DNA of 64,000 nt, from positions 2,589,195-2,653,194 of the forward strand of contig MU004182.1 in assembly GCA_010093605.1 (NCBI GenBank), given 5' to 3'. This DNA is from Lophium mytilinum (lineage: Eukaryota). Made by a program: the position numbers and the translations under genes. The notes below the pieces were generated by a model that was not told the origin of the DNA, made no database searches, and was given only the letters and a program-made list of their open reading frames with translations. Of this stretch, positions 57,976 through 64,000 are shown piece by piece (position 1 is the stretch's first letter; every line of letters begins with the position of its first letter).

Positions 57976-59979
57976 TCAAGGCCGCCCTTCTAACACCATC
58001 GCAATCCTCTCCATACGCCCATTGAAGCCCTTAACACGATCAAACAAACCACCCCCATGTGACCGAACGTCCACTGCTACTTTGTCTAGTAGCATATCAA
58101 TTGGCATATCTGGGCCCTCGCCCTCCCTGCCCTCTTTCTTAGCACGTTCCCTACCCCTTTGAATGGCCATGTCGATGTCAGACATTGCCGTATTGACCTC
58201 ATTCATTTCCTTCATTCGCCGTACTCTGTCCGCATGCACCGCCCGCGCTTCGTCCATCTTGAGGGCCAGCTCTTCTCTCTGTCTCCGAATCTCCAAGAAG
58301 TCGCCACGCAGCTTAATTTTCTCCTTTCCTGCGTCTTTTTGGCGGCTCCTAAGAGCAGACCCAGTGTCCAAAGCTTCCCGAAGACTAAGAAGCTGGTCAG
58401 AGAGAGCCGAGTTGAAGTTTTGAATGGCTCCGCGCTTGCGTTTCAACGTTGCACGTTCGTTACGCTGTGAATCTGGAATGTCGAGTGCTTTCTCATTTAG
58501 GTCCAAGATCCGGGAGTCAAGAAGCTCTTCAGTGATTTGAGCGAGGACGTCCCCGCAGCTGACACCCGGGATGCGAGTTGCTGCGTGCATCTGAGCTTCT
58601 TCCTCCTCTTTTTCTTGTTCCCGAAGCTGTTTGTAGGGATAGAAAACACGATAGACTTGAATAGTCACGCGCTTTCCGTCACCTTTTGGTGCTCTTTGGC
58701 GTCCTCCTTTGGATTTGTTCGCATTAGTTTTGGTCTTCGGGCGGCGCACCGGGATAGGTCCGGCCAAAGTTGATCTGGGACTCGAAGGGGATCTATGTTG
58801 GCGGGTTGACTGCGTTGTTGCTATGACACTAGGCTGGTTTCTAGGCCAGACAACCTCCTCTGCTTCCTCTTCTTGTTCCTCGTCCTCGGGCTCCTCTTGT
58901 ATGGCATCAGGGCGGTTCTTCGTCCTTGGCGCGGGGGTTTCTGTCTCCGAGCGGAGTCTATCGGCTCGAGACTGCTTGCGACCGAATTCCGGGGAGAGCT
59001 CGTCCATGCTCTCATTCTCATCGAGGCTGCCGTCATTGAGTCCTTGCTGCTCTTCCTCCTCTTCCCCATCATCCCTAGCTTCGTCCGCAATGAAATCCAT
59101 TGCCGTGGTATCTTCCTCCATTCTGTTAGGGGAGAGCTCATCCTCGCTATTGTCCTCTGCAATGGTAGGTTGTTGCGGTGTTATCGACGGTCCTTGCTTT
59201 CCTATTGACTTCCGTAGCGCTGGTCGCTGCACGGGTGTTTTCGCGCTCGCAGCGGCGGCTGATGCTTTTCCAGTACTTCGAATAGCTAGCGACTGCTTCC
59301 CACTTCTCGCAGGATTGTGCGCCGTGCCAGTGGTCCTGGGTACCGGGGTTTGTGAGGCAGATTTAGATAGCCGTTCGCGCCGATTCTTTTCCATGGATGC
59401 CTGGAGCTCCTCGCTTTCGAAAGACAGCTCATCCGGTAAATCATCGTCCTCGGGCGACCATTTTCCTGCTTCAGCAGCTGAGAGTGTCGCCTTCGCGGAG
59501 GGCTTCTTCCTTTGTGAGGACGCCAAGTACTGTTCATCGTCGGTCTGTAGCTCGTCTTCTCTCGAGATCTCCTCTGGGGGTATTGGCGCGGCTTGACCTC
59601 GTTTCCGCTTTCCAGACACTGTTGGTGTGACAAACAACGGAGGGCTCTTGGCGGATGGTGTTTTGGTAGGCTTTGGCTTGCTGGCGCCCGTAGTGGCACT
59701 GGATGGAACCGATGCGCTTCTTTGTCTGTTGGGCGCTTTTCCAGATCGCTTTGCGCCGGAACCGGCTGGTGTTTTGCGAGACGTAGATCGAGGTTGGAGG
59801 GCTTGAGGAGTTTCGCGGGAGGGGGGTCGCGCGGGTAGAGGTTGCGGCGTTCGGCGAGCGGATCGCTGTGGTGGTAGAGGAGGGACGCCGAACGTGAAGG
59901 CAATGTTCTTTTGCAATTGCGGCGCTCCAGCTCCTCGTTGTCGCATGCGCCGGCGCTCCTCCCGATCAGCTGGAGCCAT
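57976..59979 (-). CDS. Inner kinetochore subunit AME1/CENP-U-like protein
   Basis: N-terminus MAPADREERRRMRQRGAG; long disordered region with DEL(S) repeats; C-terminal DVLAQITEELL...KRKRGAI...LRGDFLEIRRQRE coiled coil typical of Pezizomycotina AME1-like proteins (from memory). Confidence 0.7.
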   Translation of the reverse strand: MAPADREERRRMRQRGAGAPQLQKNIAFTFGVPPLPPQRSARRTPQPLPARPPSRETPQALQPRSTSRKTPAGSGAKRSGKAPNRQRSASVPSSATTGASKPKPTKTPSAKSPPLFVTPTVSGKRKRGQAAPIPPEEISREDELQTDDEQYLASSQRKKPSAKATLSAAEAGKWSPEDDDLPDELSFESEELQASMEKNRRERLSKSASQTPVPRTTGTAHNPARSGKQSLAIRSTGKASAAAASAKTPVQRPALRKSIGKQGPSITPQQPTIAEDNSEDELSPNRMEEDTTAMDFIADEARDDGEEEEEQQGLNDGSLDENESMDELSPEFGRKQSRADRLRSETETPAPRTKNRPDAIQEEPEDEEQEEEAEEVVWPRNQPSVIATTQSTRQHRSPSSPRSTLAGPIPVRRPKTKTNANKSKGGRQRAPKGDGKRVTIQVYRVFYPYKQLREQEKEEEEAQMHAATRIPGVSCGDVLAQITEELLDSRILDLNEKALDIPDSQRNERATLKRKRGAIQNFNSALSDQLLSLREALDTGSALRSRQKDAGKEKIKLRGDFLEIRRQREELALKMDEARAVHADRVRRMKEMNEVNTAMSDIDMAIQRGRERAKKEGREGEGPDMPIDMLLDKVAVDVRSHGGGLFDRVKGFNGRMERIAMVLEGRP

Positions 59980-60170
59980 AATGATGGTTGGGTTCCGGGA
60001 CAAACGGTGGTGGTGGGTCTCGCGCGCGTCGCTTTGTTGACGCGGCGGGCGGAATACCTAGGTAGACCATAAATAGTCTAGCGTTCGGTGAATTTGATGT
60101 TCCATTAAATCACCACGACACCACGACATCGCAAAGCACACAGCTCCGCACTAACGATCACGTCTTCAAA

Positions 60171-61178
60171 ATGGGCTGGTGGGGGAGCAGTTCGAATGGG
60201 AATGATCCATCTCAGAATGATGCCATTGGCAAGCTAGATCCGAGCCTGCGCGAGTTCCTCGACCAGGAATCGACCGTAGAATACACACCCAAACCTCCAC
60301 CTCCACCGCCAACACCAACAGAACCTCTCCTCTCCAGACCTCCAGATCCAAAGCCTTCAGTGCCGAAAATTGAAGAAGCCAAACCCAAAGTCCCGCGCGA
60401 GTCCCTCTTCCCGGATGGCCGATACGCGCACCTGTGGAAGAACTACGAACCCCAATCCTCCGTCGAAGCGCGAGGAAAGTCCGATCAGGAGAGACTGAGT
60501 GATGTTGTCGAGGCATACAATGATCGAAGGGCCTCAGTCGGCCGCGTCGCCTCTGAGAACTGCGCTCTGGAGGTGCTCGCGGTGCAAGACTGCTACAAGA
60601 ATGGCTCCTACATGAAAAAAATGATGATGTGTAGAGACGAGAACCGGGCTCAGAATCGGTGTCTCGAGATGCAGGCCAAGTTCTTGAAAGCGCTGGGCTA
60701 CTTGAACATGAACGACCGGAGCCCGGCAGACGATGAGAAGATTCAAATGCATGCTGATAAGCTATATCTGCAGATGCTGGAGCAGGAGAAGATGATTGAG
60801 CAGGCGAAGAAGGAGGGTCTACCGATTCCGGAGTACCAGTCCGTGATATCGAAAGTAAATTTGTCTGCAGCTATGAAGGGCGACCCTCTAGAGTCAAAAC
60901 AGATATTTCCAGAAAGCCCCGACGCGGATATACCTGAGGATGCTTGGAAGGGTGTGCCCGCCGCGACTCGCAAAAACTACGAGAAGTCAATCGAGAAACT
61001 CTCGCCAGCGGAGAGGGAAATAGAGAGGAAGGCTTTGGAGGGCGAGGTTGCTGCTACTCGTGCCTACAGCAAGAACGTTAGGAACGCGTTTGTCGACGAG
61101 CGAATACACAGGCTAAAGAGGAAGGAAGAGGGCCAAGCCACTATAGGCGATATGATCAAAACTTGGTGGGGATGGTAA
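60171..61178 (+). CDS. Conserved fungal protein with twin CX9C motif (possible mitochondrial IMS protein)
   Basis: CALEVLAVQDC and CRDENRAQNRC; VPRESLFPDGRYAHLWK; ends TWWGW. Confidence 0.8.
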   Translation: MGWWGSSSNGNDPSQNDAIGKLDPSLREFLDQESTVEYTPKPPPPPPTPTEPLLSRPPDPKPSVPKIEEAKPKVPRESLFPDGRYAHLWKNYEPQSSVEARGKSDQERLSDVVEAYNDRRASVGRVASENCALEVLAVQDCYKNGSYMKKMMMCRDENRAQNRCLEMQAKFLKALGYLNMNDRSPADDEKIQMHADKLYLQMLEQEKMIEQAKKEGLPIPEYQSVISKVNLSAAMKGDPLESKQIFPESPDADIPEDAWKGVPAATRKNYEKSIEKLSPAEREIERKALEGEVAATRAYSKNVRNAFVDERIHRLKRKEEGQATIGDMIKTWWGW

Positions 61179-61440
61179 GGGCGGGGACGGTAAGCGTTCA
61201 TGTACAGTACATGTATTCGGAGCATGTGGGTAGGAGTTTGCAATTATCAAGTGTGAATCAGTTCTGATACTCCCCAATTGCCCATTGTATGTCTATGTAC
61301 GCCCTCTAGTATTGCCATAACTCCACGGCTTTCTTTTACAGCAAAGATCCCCGATCCTCAGTTTCGAAGTCCGGTTCCGTCTTCCCTGTTTTTTCCAGCT
61401 CTCGTTATGTCTTTGAGTCATAGCACACGCCAACCGAGCC

Positions 61441-62439
61441 TCAGCCAGATGGCGGACGTTCCTGTTTGACTTTGACCCAAGGCATCTCGTTGACGACGTG
61501 GGACGTCAAGAATCTCAGAAACATGTTCACGGCCAGCTTGAATTGCCGGACCTTTTCCTCCGAATCCAATTCCGGTAGCCCTCGGATGAAGTAGTCGACT
61601 TCCTCCAAAGCCTTGAGGAGTGCCTTTCGAATCTCATCCTCTGCATCCGTGAAAACCAGAAGACTTCCGTGCACCTTCATTAAGGCGACAGCAATCGTGG
61701 GTTCCAGCATGCTTCTAGACTTGGCAGGTAGTGTGCCTCTCGGTGGATTTATCTCGAAGAAGCACGTGAGAAGAGTTGAGAGTTCGGTGCACGCCTTCTC
61801 GACATCTATCACTCCGACCTTGATGATCCAAGGCACGACGACTGACCGGCACATCGGGCATCGGTCATTCCCGTCGACAATATTTGCGTCCCGAACCTTG
61901 TGTCGGTCCATCCACTCCTGGAACAGGTGCGGTGCAAGGTGGCCCTGTTGACACAATCTTTGTCAGCGTCTTTTCGCTATCCACACTACACAACGCACAC
62001 TTACCTGGGTATGCCAGTGGATGATATTGAAGTGCTTCTTCTCTTTACTTCCCCACAGACCTGGGGCTGGGGCTCCTTTCTCCTCTCGCTTCGCCTTGTG
62101 CTCCTTAAGAAGCCGGGAGTAGCTCTGGATCGAGACAGCCACGTCTTTCTTGCCTATATTGAGCCAATGCACGAGGCAAAACTGGCAAATCGCATGGCCG
62201 CAATTAGCTCGCACGGGGATCTTGTGGTAGGTCTCCTGGTCCAGCATCTCATTGCCAGTGATGTCTCTTAGGCAAACGCTGCAGATCCGGTCGTCTACCT
62301 TGATTGTATCGATTGGGGCGAGGCGGAGGTTCGAGAACAACCAGCTCTCGCGAAGCAGCATCGAGGTGTCTGGGGGGTCAGCGAGGATGTTGCTCGAAGC
62401 CTTGGGGAACTGATCAATTGGAATATCCTCGAACGGCAT
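61441..62439 (-). CDS. RING-type zinc finger protein (intron 62004-61945)
   Basis: CSVC...CGHAICQFC..W in exon 1 and CPMCR in exon 2; GTAAGT...GCTGAC...CAACAG intron. Confidence 0.75.
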
Positions 62440-63559
62440 TGTTGATTGAGACAAAGGCTGTGTAGAGTGTTTTTTGTATGGTGGGTAAGCTAGTGGAGGA
62501 AAGACGGAGCTGGTGGTGCGTTGTAGGGTTTGTGAGTTTCTGAGTTCTTGCAAGCCCAACTTATATTCCGGGGAAGAGGCTGATTCCCCTTTTCAGCAGA
62601 AGCTGATGCTTACCTGGGTTCATGGTGAATGTCCGAAACGGCGCGTTTCGAGTCCAGCACAAAGTCGGGGCGCCGGTCTAAAACATTCAATAGCGGCTTG
62701 CTTGAAGGCCTTTCGCAGCAGATGTTCCGCATCGAGGCTACCATGGCACTGATCAATGTCTTAGTCAGTGAACCGCGCCAAACGCCTCTCCGCCCCTCTA
62801 CCCTTACCCCCTCCTTTTCGTTTCGTAGCTATTTGCACTGTCTTTTCTATTCTCCCTCTCTCCGCGTCAGAACGAAGCCGCCGTCGACTCAATTGTGCTC
62901 CGCGGTCGAGATATGGGTAATCTCATCCGTCTCCCATATCCCTCCTCTCAAGAGTCCCGTCATGACCTTCCCGTCATGACCTCAGCCTATACGGTGGTCT
63001 AACCTCCCAAGCGGAGGTGTCGTGCTCCCAAGTGGCATACTCCGCCTCCAATGTTAGGGCCTGTCTTTGGTATTGAACCTGCCCATTCAAGAAGCCCATT
63101 CACCTGATTATGATCCGAACACTTCTAATACCGGTTTCGATTCGTGGCCTTTTCAGCTCTTAGAAAAAAATAGTCTGGGTACCACTCTAGAAAGACCCTG
63201 CACGCTGAGCCCATCCCTGCGATTCCTTAGGGGGAGATATGTCAGCATAGTGATCTTTTCCTCACAAGTATACTTTTCCATTCAGTCTAATTAATACACG
63301 AATCACACCTACAGTTGAGCGGGCACGATGTATACAGCAGGTGATATATCACCATTTATGGCTATCGATGTCACATAACATACACAAACATCGCAAAGAA
63401 TAGCGGAATAACTAAGGCGGTTTACCAACGCACAAAAGATACGACGCTACAATCTCCATGGCCCGAGATCAAAATTTCGTCTCTACAAACTCTACTAAAG
63501 TTCCCAGGCAAGTTTATCAACAAGACCATACGCGGACTCGAATGAAGACAATGATATCA

Positions 63560-64000
63560 CTACTCCCCCTCCATCTCTTTGCCCACCGCACCCCCATGCC
63601 GAGCCCGAAGCTCCCGCGCAACTTCCTGCTCAAAGTACACCTCAAAGATCTTCGGGCTCATCTCACGCACGGCGGGATACACCTCCTCCATCATCATCAC
63701 CTCAAGCCGTCGGACCTCGACGCCTGTTAGATTATTCGGATGCCGCTCCACTATCTCCTGGAGCACCTGTGCCCACGCTTGACGTGGTGTATTAGTGCGG
63801 ACTGCACGAGTTACCTCTTCTATCACCGCAAGCTTTAGACGCTGCGTGAGGACCTCTGGATCTGAATTGATCTCCCAGTCATTGTCCTCTAGTTCCGATA
63901 GGGTCAGGTCATCTATATCGGAATCGCAAGATGAAGGACCCGTCTCTGCATCATCCGTGTCTATGTCAGAGCTATCATTAGTTCCTTCGGTGGCATCCGA
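63560..64000 (-). CDS. 3' part of a hypothetical protein running in from beyond the window
   Basis: The frame of ORF 63560-63826 stays open to position 64000 (acidic D/E/S-rich stretch). Confidence 0.6.
   Translation of the reverse strand, partial: SDATEGTNDSSDIDTDDAETGPSSCDSDIDDLTLSELEDNDWEINSDPEVLTQRLKLAVIEEVTRAVRTNTPRQAWAQVLQEIVERHPNNLTGVEVRRLEVMMMEEVYPAVREMSPKIFEVYFEQEVARELRARHGGAVGKEMEGE

Noticed and set aside
62606..62618. U1 snRNA-like start (gcttacctgg)
   Set aside because: No U1 stem-loops or Sm site recognised; better explained as a minus-strand CAG|GTAAG splice donor upstream of the RING gene.

Overview
Eukaryotic DNA from a filamentous ascomycete (Pezizomycotina). This rests on short GT-AG introns with CTRAC/CTAAC branch sites, a Zn2Cys6 transcription factor and RIP-type TpA-rich relics. 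The first ~17 kb is a compact, mostly divergently paired gene cluster with no PKS/NRPS/terpene backbone gene inside the window. It holds two PhyH-type Fe(II)/2OG dioxygenases, an NmrA-family reductase resembling swainsonine SwnR, a Zn2Cys6 TF, a Rid-family protein, two SDRs, an ornithine-aminotransferase paralog with a remodelled active site and an APC permease; a nested transposon relic sits upstream of the TF. The rest mixes housekeeping genes (cytb5-acyl-CoA dehydrogenase, cupin, GH92 mannosidase, Kha1-type antiporter, MFS and siderophore transporters, Vps5, paraoxonase-like, DUF2828/vWA, AME1/CENP-U-like, twin-CX9C protein) with orphans. Highlights are the SWN-like backbone-less cluster, a minus-strand long-stem + tRNA-like cloverleaf just downstream of a Ro60-like DUF2828 gene, a GH92 whose TAG is followed in frame by a linker + transmembrane anchor, and a 108-bp satellite split by a MITE beside an intronless ubiquitin protease. 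Family calls come from motif recognition, not database searches. Exon boundaries were inferred by eye.
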